64,000 nucleotides of DNA from Nitrospirales bacterium (GTDB lineage: Bacteria; Nitrospirota; Nitrospiria; Nitrospirales; UBA8639). The stretch is from contig CBDCWC010000003.1 in assembly GCA_965223295.1 (NCBI GenBank), positions 1,856,001 through 1,920,000 on the forward strand, given 5' to 3'. Shown here in pieces: positions 9,081 through 20,800 of this stretch; positions within the stretch are counted from its first letter, which is position 1; each line of letters starts with the position of its first letter. Both the position numbers and the translations under genes were made by a program. Under the pieces are notes generated by a model that made no database searches, was not told the origin of the DNA, and saw nothing but the letters and a program-made list of their open reading frames with translations.

Positions 9081-10286
9081 ATGGCGAAGGCGAAATTTGA
9101 GCGGAAGAAGCCGCATTTAAATGTGGGGACGATTGGGCATGTGGATCATGGCAAGACGACGCTCACCTCGGCGTTAACCAAAGTCATGGGGGATTTAGGG
9201 AAAGCCTCGTATGTGCCCTATGACGACGTGGCCAAGGCGAGCGAGAGTCAAGGGCGGCGGGATCCCACCAAAATCCTCACGATTGCCATCTCGCATGTGG
9301 AGTATGAAACCGACAACCGGCATTACGCGCATGTGGACTGTCCGGGGCATGCGGACTATGTCAAAAACATGATCACGGGGGCGGCGCAAATGGACGGGGC
9401 CATCTTGGTGGTCAGTGCGGCGGATGGGCCGATGCCGCAAACGCGGGAGCATATCCTCTTAGCGCGGCAAGTGGGGGTACCCTACATCGTCGTCTTCTTG
9501 AACAAAGCGGATAAGGTGGAAGACAAAGAATTGCTGGAGTTAGTGGAATTAGAAGTGCGGGAATTGCTCACCAAGTATGGCTTTCCCGGCGATGATGTGC
9601 CGGTGGTCATCGGATCAGCCATCAAAGCCATCGAAGGCGACAGCAGCGACATTGGGATCGCCTCGATCACGAAGTTATTAGAGGCGGTGGATACGTACAT
9701 TCCCACGCCCGAACGAGCCATCGACAAGGCCTTTCTCATGCCAATAGAAGATGTATTTACCATCAGTGGCCGGGGGACGGTGGTCACAGGCCGAGTGGAG
9801 CGGGGCAAGGTCAAGGTGGGGGATGAAATTGAGATTGTGGGGTTACGGGCCACGCAGGCGACCATTGTCACAGGGGTGGAAATGTTCCGGAAGGTGTTAG
9901 ATGATGGGCAAGCGGGCGATAACATTGGGGCCTTGTTGCGGGGTACGAAGAAAGAGGACGTGGAGCGGGGGATGGTGTTGGCCAAGCCGAAGTCGATCAC
10001 GCCGCATACGAAGTTCAAGGCGGAAGTGTATGTGTTGACGAAAGAAGAAGGGGGCCGGCATACGCCGTTTTTCAATGGGTATCGCCCGCAGTTTTACTTC
10101 CGGACGACGGATGTGACGGGGGTGGTGCAGTTGAATGAAGGGGTGGAGATGGTGATGCCGGGGGATAACGTGTCGTTTGCGGGGGAGTTGATTGCGCCGA
10201 TTGCGATGGAGCAGGGGGTGCGGTTTGCCGTGCGCGAAGGGGGCCGAACCGTGGGGGCCGGGGTTGTCACCGAAATTGTTGAGTAA
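9081..10286 (+). CDS. tuf: Elongation factor Tu (intact copy)
   Basis: [20 protein letters not shown], full C-terminus. Confidence 0.98.
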   Translation: MAKAKFERKKPHLNVGTIGHVDHGKTTLTSALTKVMGDLGKASYVPYDDVAKASESQGRRDPTKILTIAISHVEYETDNRHYAHVDCPGHADYVKNMITGAAQMDGAILVVSAADGPMPQTREHILLARQVGVPYIVVFLNKADKVEDKELLELVELEVRELLTKYGFPGDDVPVVIGSAIKAIEGDSSDIGIASITKLLEAVDTYIPTPERAIDKAFLMPIEDVFTISGRGTVVTGRVERGKVKVGDEIEIVGLRATQATIVTGVEMFRKVLDDGQAGDNIGALLRGTKKEDVERGMVLAKPKSITPHTKFKAEVYVLTKEEGGRHTPFFNGYRPQFYFRTTDVTGVVQLNEGVEMVMPGDNVSFAGELIAPIAMEQGVRFAVREGGRTVGAGVVTEIVE

Positions 10287-10307
10287 GAATGTTATAGAGG
10301 TGTAGCT

Positions 10308-10457
10308 ATGCGAGTGATTATTTCTCTGGCTTGTGGAGATTGCAAGCGACGAAATTATTCTACAATGAAAAACAAGAAGAACGATCCTGATCGTCTGGAA
10401 ATGAAAAAGTTTTGCCGGCATTGCCGAAAACATGTCCCCCATAAAGAGGTGAAGTGA
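10308..10457 (+). CDS. rpmG: 50S ribosomal protein L33 (Zn-ribbon form)
   Basis: Hand translation [17 protein letters not shown]...[17 protein letters not shown]; below ORF-track cutoff. Confidence 0.95.
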   Translation: MRVIISLACGDCKRRNYSTMKNKKNDPDRLEMKKFCRHCRKHVPHKEVK

Positions 10458-10497
10458 TTTGTTTGTGGGCAGAAACCTTTTGGGTTTGAGCCTGTGA

Positions 10498-10573
10498 AGG
10501 GGCATAGTGTCAACGGTTAGCACGTCGGTCTCCAAAACCGAAAGTCCGGGTTCGAATCCTGGTGCCCCTGCCA
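10498..10573 (+). tRNA. tRNA-Trp(CCA)
   Basis: AGGGGCATAG...TCGGTCT-CCA-AAACCGA...GGTTCGAATCC...CCA; rpmG-trnW-secE synteny. Confidence 0.93.
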
Positions 10574-10650
10574 TAGACGTTTATGAGGGCTAATTGATTG
10601 GGGGCCGATCAAGAGCATTGTTGGAAATAATCTGTTAGCAAGGTTCAAGC

Positions 10651-10845
10651 ATGTTTAAAAAAGCCTGGTCTACTATTACGGAATTTTTGTCTGATGTTCG
10701 CAGTGAACTGAAGAAGATTTCCTATCCCACAAAATCCGAAACAATTGGTTCGACAACGGTCGTATTGCTGTTTTGTATGATCATGTCGATGTATTTATCG
10801 GTTGTTGACTCATTTCTCGTGTGGTTAATCAGCAAGATTGTCTAA
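10651..10845 (+). CDS. secE: Preprotein translocase SecE
   Basis: ELKKISYP motif plus TM; synteny. Confidence 0.93.
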   Translation: MFKKAWSTITEFLSDVRSELKKISYPTKSETIGSTTVVLLFCMIMSMYLSVVDSFLVWLISKIV

Positions 10846-10847
10846 CG

Positions 10848-11037
10848 GGTGGTGTTGAATAATGAAGACATCAAAGGCCATATTTCGCCAGGAAGCTCTT
10901 GGCGATCATCAGCGTCGGGTTGGTTTAAAAAGTCCGTCCAGCAAGGCCGCAGCCATTGTTGCGCGCGGAGCGTACTGGCAGTACGTGAGCACGGGAAAAT
11001 GGTGAGAACGCCGCTGGCGGATTTTTTCAACAGACTC
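10848..11037 (+). mobile_element. MITE family 1, copy B
   Basis: GGTGGTGTTGAATAA...TTTTTTCAACAGACTC; perfect 5-bp flanking repeat TAACG. Confidence 0.85.
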
Positions 11038-11057
11038 TAACGGAAAGAAAGGGATTC

Positions 11058-11594
11058 ATGGCGAGCCATTGGTATGTCATCCACACCTATGCCGGATTTG
11101 AGGGGAGAGTGCGAACGGGTATAGTTGAACGCGCCAATCAGTTGGGATTGGGAGAAATGGTTGGGCAGGTACTTGTTCCCACTGAGGATGTTGTGGAATT
11201 TAAGGAAGGAAAACGGCGGGCGTCCAAAAGAAAGTTTTTCCCAGGCTATGTCCTGCTTGAAGCAAATGGGCCGATTAGTGACGAGGTCGTCATGATGATA
11301 AAAGAGACGCCAAAGGTAACAGGATTTGTAGGAGGGGGAACTCGGCCAATTCCATTGGATCCAGAAGAAGTGTCAACTCTTCTGAGTCAACTCGAATCTG
11401 GAGTTTCGGCTCCAAGAGAGCTGGCAAGTTTTGCAAAGGGTGACAATGTCAGAATAGTTGATGGTCCATTTTTGGGCTTTAATGGAATGGTCGATGAAGT
11501 CGATCAAGACCATGGAAGAGTGAAGGCGTTGGTTAGTATTTTTGGGCGGTCAACTCCGGTGGAGTTGGCGTTTTCCCAAGTTGAGCGAGGATAG
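11058..11594 (+). CDS. nusG: Transcription factor NusG
   Basis: WYVIHTYAGFE, FFPGYV, KOW GPFLGFNG, IFGRSTPVEL. Confidence 0.97.
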   Translation: MASHWYVIHTYAGFEGRVRTGIVERANQLGLGEMVGQVLVPTEDVVEFKEGKRRASKRKFFPGYVLLEANGPISDEVVMMIKETPKVTGFVGGGTRPIPLDPEEVSTLLSQLESGVSAPRELASFAKGDNVRIVDGPFLGFNGMVDEVDQDHGRVKALVSIFGRSTPVELAFSQVERG

Positions 11595-11670
11595 AGTGAT
11601 AGGCTCTATGCTTCTTTGTTGTTGTAATGGAGCGTGATGAGAGCGTTAGCAATAAAAGGTAGGTGAATTT

Positions 11671-12096
11671 ATGGCCAAAGAAGTAACCAGTCAAATTAAA
11701 TTACAAATTCCGGCTGGAAAAGCCAATCCTGCTCCTCCTGTTGGCCCTTCCTTGGGGCAGCATGGCGTGAATATTATGGAATTTTGTAAGCAATTTAACG
11801 CGAAGACGCAGAAGCAGGAAGGCAGCATTATTCCTGTTGTGATTTCGGTATATAAAGATAGAAGTTTTAGTTTTATTATGAAAACGCCGCCAGCGTCAGA
11901 CCTGTTGAAAAAGGCTGCTGGTGTGATTAAAGGTTCTGGTATCCCACATAAAAGCAAGGTCGGGAAAATTACGCAGGCGCAATTAGAAGAGATTGCGAAA
12001 ATAAAGGCAGAAGATTTGAACGCCAGCGATATTCCTGCCGCCATGCAAGTGATTGCTGGGACTGCGCGGAGTATGGGTATCACGGTAGAAGGATAA
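11671..12096 (+). CDS. rplK: 50S ribosomal protein L11
   Basis: [23 protein letters not shown]. Confidence 0.97.
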   Translation: MAKEVTSQIKLQIPAGKANPAPPVGPSLGQHGVNIMEFCKQFNAKTQKQEGSIIPVVISVYKDRSFSFIMKTPPASDLLKKAAGVIKGSGIPHKSKVGKITQAQLEEIAKIKAEDLNASDIPAAMQVIAGTARSMGITVEG

Positions 12097-12131
12097 ATCT
12101 TTCCAGGATTTTTAAATAGAGGGTATGAATT

Positions 12132-12824
12132 GTGGGGAAAAAATTTAAAGAAGCCTTAAAAAAGGTGTCAAAGTCAGAATATTCGTTGGAAGAAGCCAGT
12201 GCATTAGTCAAGGAGTCTGCTTTTGCCAAGTTTGATGAATCTGTTGAAATGGCCTTGTCGCTTGGAGTCGACCCAAAGCGAGCAGATCAAATGGTACGTG
12301 GGACAACGGTCTTGCCTCATGGCACTGGGAAAAAGACTCGGATTTTGGTGATTGCCAAAGGTGAAAAGGAGCAGGAAGCTAGGGAGGCTGGTGCTGATTT
12401 TGCCGGGAATGAGGATCTTCTGCAGAAAATTCAGGATGGGTGGTTGGATTTTGATTCAATGATTGCCACTCCTGACATGATGGGTTCCGTGGGAAAGTTG
12501 GGAAAGGTTTTGGGGCCACGAGGGTTGATGCCAAATCCCAAAACGGGAACGGTGACATTTGAGGTAGGCAAAGCCATTCAGGAGATTCGGAAAGGCCGTG
12601 TGGAATATAAAGTTGATAAGGCTGGAAATGTGCATGTGCCAGTCGGAAAAGTCTCGTTTCAGGCTCAGCAAATCACCGACAATGTCAAGACGGTGTTTGA
12701 TTCCATCATGAAGGCCAAGCCTTCTTCCAGTAAAGGGAAGTATGTCAAGAGTGCGACGTTGTCGAGCACGATGGGGCCAGGGATTCGTCTGGATAGTGTG
12801 GCTCTTGCCAAGCAAGTTGGGTGA
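12132..12824 (+). CDS. rplA: 50S ribosomal protein L1
   Basis: [28 protein letters not shown]. Confidence 0.97.
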   Translation: MGKKFKEALKKVSKSEYSLEEASALVKESAFAKFDESVEMALSLGVDPKRADQMVRGTTVLPHGTGKKTRILVIAKGEKEQEAREAGADFAGNEDLLQKIQDGWLDFDSMIATPDMMGSVGKLGKVLGPRGLMPNPKTGTVTFEVGKAIQEIRKGRVEYKVDKAGNVHVPVGKVSFQAQQITDNVKTVFDSIMKAKPSSSKGKYVKSATLSSTMGPGIRLDSVALAKQVG

Positions 12825-12853
12825 AATTTTAATCTTCGCAGGTGGGTTGGAGT

Positions 12854-13792
12854 ATGAAAAAATCTGATAAAGCAGAAGTTGTGTCAACCTTGCACGAACG
12901 GTTTGCTCGGGCGCGAATTGCTATTGTGACGGAATGTGCGGGAATGCCCGTCAATCAGGTCAATGATTTGCGAAAAAAGCTTCGTCAGGCTCAGGCGCAT
13001 TTGCATGTCGTTAAAAATACGTTAGCAGTTCGAGCCATCAGTGAGACTCCGCTGGTTCCGTTGCAACCCTTGCTTAAAGGGCAGTCCGTCATGGTCATTG
13101 GCTATGATGATCCGGTGTTGCCGACGAAAGTCGTACGCGATTTTATTAAAGCAGAAAAATGTGAAAAGAATTTGCAAATTAAGGGAGCAGTTCTAGATGG
13201 TGACGAGTTGGATCCTGCTCGGTTGTCCTCGGTGGCGGATTTGCCGTCAAAATCAGAATTGCTTGCCATGTTATTGTCAGCCTTTCAGGGCCCTATTCGA
13301 GGATTTGTTGTAGGGCTCAATCAGATAGTTAGAGGGTTTGTTGCAGTACTTGCGGCGATTCAGGAAAACAAAAGTAAGAAAGGAGAAGGAGAAATGGCTA
13401 CGAAGGAAGCAAAGCTGTCAAAAGAGGATATTATTAACGGGGTATCCAACTTGAGTGTGTTGGAGCTTTCAGAATTGGTGAAAGAATTAGAAGAGAAGTT
13501 TGGAGTAACGGCGGCAGCTCCTGTGGGAGTGGCTGTGGCGGCTTCGGGGGCTGCGGCAGCGCCTGCTGGAGAGGAAAAGACAGAGTTTGATGTAGTTTTG
13601 ACAGGAGCCCCGGCAGACAAAAAGATTCAGGCTATTAAGGTTGTCCGTGAAATTACGGGATTAGGTTTAAAAGAGGCTAAAGATTTGGTGGAAGGCGTGC
13701 CCAAGCCTGTGAAAGAAGGAGCGTCAAAGGAAGAGGCTGAGGCAATTCAGAAGAAGCTGCAGGAGGTTGGAGCGACGGTGGAAGTAAAATAG
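12854..13792 (+). CDS. rplJ: L10 domain (12854-13393) read in frame into L7/L12: apparent L10-L12 fusion ORF
   Basis: LRKKLR...VVKNTL...LPSKSELL (L10); no stop before the L12 part. Confidence 0.85.
   Translation: MKKSDKAEVVSTLHERFARARIAIVTECAGMPVNQVNDLRKKLRQAQAHLHVVKNTLAVRAISETPLVPLQPLLKGQSVMVIGYDDPVLPTKVVRDFIKAEKCEKNLQIKGAVLDGDELDPARLSSVADLPSKSELLAMLLSAFQGPIRGFVVGLNQIVRGFVAVLAAIQENKSKKGEGEMATKEAKLSKEDIINGVSNLSVLELSELVKELEEKFGVTAAAPVGVAVAASGAAAAPAGEEKTEFDVVLTGAPADKKIQAIKVVREITGLGLKEAKDLVEGVPKPVKEGASKEEAEAIQKKLQEVGATVEVK
13394..13792 (+). CDS. rplL: 50S ribosomal protein L7/L12 from internal start
   Basis: SD-like AGGAGAAGGAG directly before ATG 13394; [29 protein letters not shown]. Confidence 0.88.
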   Translation: MATKEAKLSKEDIINGVSNLSVLELSELVKELEEKFGVTAAAPVGVAVAASGAAAAPAGEEKTEFDVVLTGAPADKKIQAIKVVREITGLGLKEAKDLVEGVPKPVKEGASKEEAEAIQKKLQEVGATVEVK

Positions 13793-13863
13793 GTTTGCTG
13801 CGCCAATGAATTGCTTGGAGCCAGTCGGGCTCGGCTAGCTGTTAATCCATCAAGGAGATCTGA

Positions 13864-16800
13864 ATGCCACAATCAGCCTTTGAGGGCAGTGTACAACGAC
13901 ATAGTTTTTCGAAGATTCGCACCCATATTGTGATTCCTGATTTAGTTGAAGTTCAGCGTCGTTCCTATGAGGAGTTCTTGCAGGCGGAAACGCTACCTGA
14001 CCGACGTGCTGAGAAGGGGTTGCATGCTGCCTTTAAAAGTGTGTTCCCCATCATGGATTACAACAATTCAGCCATTTTGGAGTTTTCGAGTTATTCGTTG
14101 GGAACTCCAAAATACGATATTCGGGAATGTATTGAACAGGGAATGACTTTTGCGGCTCCCTTAAAGCTCCGTGTACGGTTGGTGGTCTTCGATCAGCAGG
14201 ATAAAGCGGTGAAAAACCGGGTGTTGGATGTTCGAGAGCAAGAGGTGTATGTCGGTGAGCTGCCGCTCATGACTGATCGGGGTACTTTTATCGTGAATGG
14301 GACGGAGCGCGTGGCTGTGAGCCAATTGCACCGGTCTCCAGGTCCATCATTTGGTCATGATAAGGGACGAACGCATTCCAGTGGCAAGGTGTTATTTTCT
14401 GGAAGGATTATTCCGTATCGTGGCTCTTGGTTAGATTTTGAATATGATGCCCGCGATATTCTATATGTCCGTATTGATCGCCGCCGAAAAATGCCCGCTA
14501 CGATTTTGCTCAAAGGTTTTGGTTTTAGTACAGATGATCTTTTGAAGATGTATTACCCTGTGGAGGAAGTTCGGGTCAGTAAGGGGATGTTGCTTCGCAA
14601 GTTGGATCCGGCGATTCATACTGGGTTGCGTGCCCCAACCGATTTAGTGGATAAAAGTTCAGGGGATGTATTGGCTAAAGAAGGTATGAAGTTAAATAAA
14701 ACCCTCATGGCTCGTGTGCGATCCGGAGGGATAAAGGAAATTTCTATTAAACCGGAAGATCTCGTGGGGAGGGCTGTCTTAACCGAACTCGTGGATTCGG
14801 AAAGCCAGGAAGTGATCTTGGAGAAGAATCAGCGTTTGACAGCCCCAGTCTTAGAGCAGATCCTGGAAGGTCGCGTAGAGTCTTTTAAAGTCATTTATTT
14901 GGATAGTCCAACTACCAGCCCTGTTATTTTGGATACCTTGGAGGCAGAACGCACCAATTCTAAAGAAGAAGCGTGGGTGGAAATTTATAAGCGGCTTCGT
15001 CCCGGAGAAATGCCCTCAATCGAATCAGCTAAGCTGTTATTTGAGAATCTTTTCCTTAATCCCAAGCGCTATGACCTGTCTCCCGTTGGTCGCTTGAAAA
15101 TGAATAAGCGATTTAACTTAGACTTGTCGTTAGAGCAACGAACATTGTCGGCTCAAGATATTGTTGAAGTGGTGCGGTGTTTGGTCGATCTCAAGGCTGG
15201 TAAAGGTGAAGTAGATGACATCGATCATTTAGGGAATCGGCGCGTGCGCTCTGTGGGGGAGCTATTGGAAAATCAAATTCGAATCGGTTTGGCAAGAATG
15301 GAGCGTAGCATTAAAGAGCGCATGAATCTTTTAGATATGGACACAGTGCTGCCGCATGACCTTATTAATGCTAAGCCTATAGTGGCAGCCATTAAGGAAT
15401 TTTTTGCAGGCAGTCAATTGTCTCAATTTATGGACCAAACGAATCCTTTGGCAGAAATTACGCATAAGCGGCGTCTATCTGCCTTGGGTCCTGGAGGTCT
15501 GACTCGAGAGCGAGCCGGTTTCGAGGTTCGTGATGTTCATCCGTCGCACTATAGCCGCATATGCCCGATTGAAACGCCAGAAGGCCCGAATATTGGGTTG
15601 ATCACATCTCTGGCGACCTATGCTCGGATTAACGAATTTGGCTTTATTGAGGCACCTTTTAGAAAAGTGCGAAAAGGTCGTGTGTCTGATGATGTGGAAT
15701 TTCTCTCGCCGATAGATGGTGATCAGGTTGTCATTGCCCAGGCCAATACTGCAATGAGTAAGGACGGGGCTCTTACCTCTGAGACGATTACCGCGCGGGA
15801 AGCGGGGGAGTTTGTCACGACCACGCCTGATACCGTCGATTATCTTGATGTTTCTCCAAAACAGGTTGTGAGTGTGGCGACAGCGCTCATTCCATTTTTG
15901 GAGCATGATGATGCCAATCGCGCGCTCATGGGTTCCAATATGCAGCGGCAAGCCGTTCCAACGGTTAAAAGTGAATCGCCTTTGGTTGGGACCGGAATGG
16001 AAGCCGTGGTGGCCAGGGATTCAGGGTATTTGGCTATTGCCCAGCGAGATGGAATTGTCGAGTCCGTGGATGCTCGACGAATTGTGGTTCGAGCTGGCAG
16101 TAAAGAAAAAGACGTGCAGAAAAAGAGTTCCCGAATTCTCGACACCTATGATTTAGTGAAATTTCAACGTACCAATCAAAATACCTGTATTATTCAGACG
16201 CCTATCGTACGAGTAGGGCAACCGGTGAAGAAGGGGCAAGTGTTGGCGGATGGGCCGTCGATGGATCGTGGAGAATTGGCTTTGGGTAAAAATGTTCTGG
16301 TCGCCTTTATGCCTTGGGGCGGCTACAACTATGAGGACGCCATACTATTGAGTGAAAAATTAGTGCGAGAAGATACCTTCACGTCTATTCATATTGAAGA
16401 ATTTGAAGTTGAAGCGCGAGATACCAAGTTAGGGAAAGAGGAGATTACAAGAGATATTCCAAACTTGGGAGAAGAGGCTCTTCGCAATTTGGATGAAAGT
16501 GGAATTGTTCGCATTGGAGCGGAAGTGAAGCCTGGAGATATTTTGGTTGGCAAGGTCACGCCTAAGGGGGAGACTCAGTTGACCCCTGAAGAAAAGCTTC
16601 TGCGAGCCATTTTTGGAGAGAAAGCGGGAGATGTGAAGGATACGTCTTTGCAAGTTCCTCCGGGCATCGAGGGAATTGTGGTTGATGTTAAAATATTTTC
16701 CCGTAAAGGGGTCGATAAAGATGAGCGATCTCGTACGATCGAAACCGATGATCGTGTGAAGGTGGAGCGTGACTATCAAGAGGAATTGCGGATTATCGAA

Positions 16801-17829
16801 GAAGAGCGGAATCGTAAGATTCGCAAGTTATTGTTAGGACAGTTTGTTGGGCGGGATTTGATGGACCCTGATAGCGGTGAAGTCATTCTGAAGAAAAAAG
16901 GCCGTATTACCGCGGATGTACTCCGGAAGCTCACAGATGATGATGCGAGGCGGGTCATTTTAGCTGATGCCGAGGAGCAGAAAAAACTTGATGAAATCGA
17001 ACGAGAAGCCAAAGATCAAATTGAAATTCTGCAAACGGAGTATGACGAGAAGGTGGGGCGGCTGCGTCGAGGGGACGAGTTGCCGCCAGGAGTGATCAAG
17101 CTGGTCAAAGTGTATTTAGCGATTAAGCGGAAAATTGCGGTTGGGGACAAAATGGCCGGCCGACATGGGAATAAAGGTGTGGTGTCTCGGATCATGCCGG
17201 AAGAAGATATGCCGCATCTTCCGGACGGAACTCCTGTCGAAATTGTCTTGAACCCGTTGGGCGTACCTTCCAGGATGAATGTTGGGCAAATTTTGGAGAC
17301 TCATCTGGGGTGGGCCTCTCATGCTTTGGGTATTAAGGTCGAAACTCCTGTTTTTGATGGAGCATCGGAAAAAGAGATCAAGGACCTCTTAGCGAAGGCG
17401 AATTTACCTGAGTCTGGTCAATCTATCGTGTATGATGGTAGGACGGGCGAGCCCTTTAAGAGTCCCGTCACGGTTGGATACATGTATATGCTGAAGCTGC
17501 ATCATTTGGTGGATGATAAAATTCATGCGCGGTCCATTGGGCCTTATTCTTTGGTCACGCAGCAGCCCTTGGGTGGGAAAGCGCAATTCGGTGGTCAACG
17601 CTTGGGAGAAATGGAGGTCTGGGCGTTACAAGCCTATGGGGCGGCTTCCACGCTGCAGGAATTTCTCACTGTCAAATCTGATGATGTCCCGGGGCGTTCC
17701 CGTATGTATGAGGCCATTGTGAAAGGGGAAAATTTCCTCGAGCCTGGCTTGCCTGAGTCCTTTAATGTGTTAGTAAAAGAGTTGCAGAGTTTAGGGTTGG
17801 ATGTGGAGCTGATTAAATCTGCGGAATAG
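13864..17829 (+). CDS. rpoB: RNA polymerase beta
   Basis: [25 protein letters not shown] and other conserved blocks. Confidence 0.99.
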   Translation: MPQSAFEGSVQRHSFSKIRTHIVIPDLVEVQRRSYEEFLQAETLPDRRAEKGLHAAFKSVFPIMDYNNSAILEFSSYSLGTPKYDIRECIEQGMTFAAPLKLRVRLVVFDQQDKAVKNRVLDVREQEVYVGELPLMTDRGTFIVNGTERVAVSQLHRSPGPSFGHDKGRTHSSGKVLFSGRIIPYRGSWLDFEYDARDILYVRIDRRRKMPATILLKGFGFSTDDLLKMYYPVEEVRVSKGMLLRKLDPAIHTGLRAPTDLVDKSSGDVLAKEGMKLNKTLMARVRSGGIKEISIKPEDLVGRAVLTELVDSESQEVILEKNQRLTAPVLEQILEGRVESFKVIYLDSPTTSPVILDTLEAERTNSKEEAWVEIYKRLRPGEMPSIESAKLLFENLFLNPKRYDLSPVGRLKMNKRFNLDLSLEQRTLSAQDIVEVVRCLVDLKAGKGEVDDIDHLGNRRVRSVGELLENQIRIGLARMERSIKERMNLLDMDTVLPHDLINAKPIVAAIKEFFAGSQLSQFMDQTNPLAEITHKRRLSALGPGGLTRERAGFEVRDVHPSHYSRICPIETPEGPNIGLITSLATYARINEFGFIEAPFRKVRKGRVSDDVEFLSPIDGDQVVIAQANTAMSKDGALTSETITAREAGEFVTTTPDTVDYLDVSPKQVVSVATALIPFLEHDDANRALMGSNMQRQAVPTVKSESPLVGTGMEAVVARDSGYLAIAQRDGIVESVDARRIVVRAGSKEKDVQKKSSRILDTYDLVKFQRTNQNTCIIQTPIVRVGQPVKKGQVLADGPSMDRGELALGKNVLVAFMPWGGYNYEDAILLSEKLVREDTFTSIHIEEFEVEARDTKLGKEEITRDIPNLGEEALRNLDESGIVRIGAEVKPGDILVGKVTPKGETQLTPEEKLLRAIFGEKAGDVKDTSLQVPPGIEGIVVDVKIFSRKGVDKDERSRTIETDDRVKVERDYQEELRIIEEERNRKIRKLLLGQFVGRDLMDPDSGEVILKKKGRITADVLRKLTDDDARRVILADAEEQKKLDEIEREAKDQIEILQTEYDEKVGRLRRGDELPPGVIKLVKVYLAIKRKIAVGDKMAGRHGNKGVVSRIMPEEDMPHLPDGTPVEIVLNPLGVPSRMNVGQILETHLGWASHALGIKVETPVFDGASEKEIKDLLAKANLPESGQSIVYDGRTGEPFKSPVTVGYMYMLKLHHLVDDKIHARSIGPYSLVTQQPLGGKAQFGGQRLGEMEVWALQAYGAASTLQEFLTVKSDDVPGRSRMYEAIVKGENFLEPGLPESFNVLVKELQSLGLDVELIKSAE

Positions 17830-17881
17830 CCGAGTATGTTAATCGTGACCATTCACCATCCATATAACTGGAGGATTGCAC

Positions 17882-20800
17882 TTGGATAGTATCTATTCGC
17901 TCTTTGAAAAACCTCGTGACGCTGTTTCATTTGATGCGATGCGCATTCGTATCGCTTCACCGGAAAAGATTCGTTCCTGGTCTTATGGTGAGGTGAAAAA
18001 GCCTGAGACTATTAACTACCGGTCTTTTAAGCCCGAACGTGATGGGCTGTTTTGTGCAAAAATCTTTGGCCCGACAAAAGATTGGGAATGTAATTGCGGT
18101 AAATATAAGCGGATGAAACACAGGGGTATTGTCTGCGATAAATGCGGTGTGGAAGTCATTCAATCCAAAGTCCGTCGTGAGCGGATGGGGCATATAGAGC
18201 TAGCTGCTCCGGTCGCACATATCTGGTTTTTGAAAGGCGTCCCGAGCCGTATAGGTATTCTTCTAGACATGAGTCTCAAGCAATTGGAAAAAATTCTCTA
18301 TTTTGAGGCGTATGTCGTCTTGGATCCTGGCAATACCGATCTCAAAGAGCGGGAGTTGTTAACGGAGGAGCGATATCGAGAATGTGTGGAGGAGCATGGA
18401 GCGACGTCTTTTAAGGTCGGTATTGGAGCTGAAGCGATTCGTGAGCTCCTGAGAACCGTAGACATTGAGGCTCTATGGGATGAGCGGCATGACAAAATTA
18501 AAAGTACGACGTCTGTTGCCGTTGGGAAAAAGCTAACCAAACGTTTAAAAGTTATTGAAGCGTTTCATAAGTCCGGGAATAATCCGGAATGGATGATCAT
18601 GGACGCCATCCCGGTCTTACCTCCAGAGTTACGTCCCCTGGTTCCCTTAGATGGAGGACGCTTTGCAACTTCTGACCTGAACGATCTGTACCGGCGTGTG
18701 ATCAACCGGAATAATCGTTTGAAGAGGCTGGTGGAGCTAAAGGCTCCAGGGGTTATTATTCGTAATGAAATGCGGATGCTGCAAGAGGCGGTCGATGCCT
18801 TGTTCGATAACGGCCGTCGAGGGCGCGTGATTCGTGGCGCGAATAAGCGGCCGTTGAAATCCTTGAGCGATATGCTGAAGGGTAAGCAAGGGCGGTTCCG
18901 GCAAAACCTTTTGGGTAAACGTGTGGATTATTCTGGACGGTCGGTCATTGTGGTTGGGCCTGAACTTCGGCTCAATCAATGTGGGCTGCCCAAGAAAATG
19001 GCCCTGGAACTCTTTAAGCCGTTTATTTTTCACAAGCTGGAAGAGCGTGGCGCAGCGACGACTATCAAGAGTGCAAAGCGATTGGTTGAAAAAGAGCGTC
19101 CGGAAGTTTGGGATGTTTTAGATGAAGTGATTCGCGAGCATCCGGTCATGTTGAATCGCGCGCCAACTCTTCACCGGTTAGGTATCCAGGCCTTTGATCC
19201 TATTTTAGTTGAAGGGAAGGCAATTAGACTGCACCCGCTTGTCTGTGCGGCGTTCAACGCGGACTTTGATGGAGACCAAATGGCCGTGCATGTTCCGCTT
19301 TCAGTCGAAGCGCAGATTGAGGCGCGAGTGCTGATGATGGCAGCCAATAATATCTTGTCTCCAGCCAACGGGCGCCCACTGGCTATTCCTTCTCAAGATA
19401 TGGTCTTGGGTTGCTACTGGTTAACGAATAACCGTGACGGCGCACGAGGGGAAGGGAAGGTCTTTTCTTCAGTTGAAGAAGTTCGTATTGCCTATGATTC
19501 GAGTGAAATTGAAGAGCAGTCGGCAATTAAAGTTCGCATTGGTGATGAGTTAGTTGAGACGACGGTAGGGCGTGTCCTTTTGTCGGAAATCTTGCCGTCG
19601 AATATGGCCTTTTCGCATGCTAATCAGTTAATGACGAAAAAGGAGCTCACCAAATTGGTAGACCGCGTATACCGATTGGCTGGGCTTCATGACGCCGTGG
19701 TTATGCTGGATCGGTTGAAGGATTTGGGATTTCTTTATGCGACGAAGGCTGGTGTGTCAATTTGTATCGATAATATGCATATTCCATCCAGTAAGAGCGA
19801 TTTGATTAGTCGCGCGCAAAGTGATGTCAGTGCCGTGCAAAATCAATATAGTGAAGGTCTTATTACCAATGGCGAGCGGTATAACAAGGTCATTGATATC
19901 TGGGCTCATGTGAGTGAGCAAGTCGCCATTGCGATGATGAAAGAAATTAGTCAGGGTGATGGTCGAGGTGAAACAGAAGGTCTCAATCCAATTTATATGA
20001 TGGCTGACTCAGGCGCGCGAGGGAGTTCTCAGCAAATTCGGCAATTGGGCGGCATGCGTGGATTGATGGCCAAGCCGTCTGGGGAAATTATTGAAACGCC
20101 CATTACCGCGAATTTCCGTGAAGGACTGACCGTATTGCAGTACTTTATTTCCACCCACGGAGCGCGAAAGGGTTTAGCAGATACCGCATTGAAGACGGCT
20201 AATTCAGGTTACCTAACTCGACGGCTCGTGGATGCGGCCCAAGACGTGATTATCAGTGAGCCCGATTGTATGACCACCAATGGGATTATCGTATCGGCGC
20301 TGGTTGAAGGTGGCGAAGTCATTCAATCATTGGACGAACGAATTCTCGGTCGCCTAACGGCTGAAGATGTTCATGACCCTGTGACACAAGAAATCTTGGT
20401 CAAGGCTCATGAGGAATGTGATGAAGAGTTGTGCAAGACGATTGTTGAGGCAGGTATCGACCATATTAAAATTCGTTCTGTCTTGACCTGCCAATCACGT
20501 TGGGGTGTCTGTGCAAAATGTTATGGACGGGATCTGGCTCGTGGGCGCCTGGTGGAAAAGGGCGAGCCGGTTGGTGTCATTGCCGCTCAGTCAATTGGGG
20601 AACCCGGAACGCAGTTGACGATGAGAACATTCCACATTGGTGGAACGGCCAGTAAAGTGGTTGAGCAAACGGTTCTCGAGGCAAAGCATCCAGGAACGAT
20701 TAAGTTTCTGAGTTTTGATGCCAAAAAGAATGCGGATGTCCATAATGCCAGTATGGCGGTCAAAACCCAGCAAGGCGATTGGGTGGTCATGGTCAGAAAT

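Noticed and set aside
9482-10574. Long antisense ORFs opposite tuf, and similar ones opposite rpoB, rpoC, rpoA and secY
   Set aside because: Shadow ORFs of conserved sense genes, with no motifs
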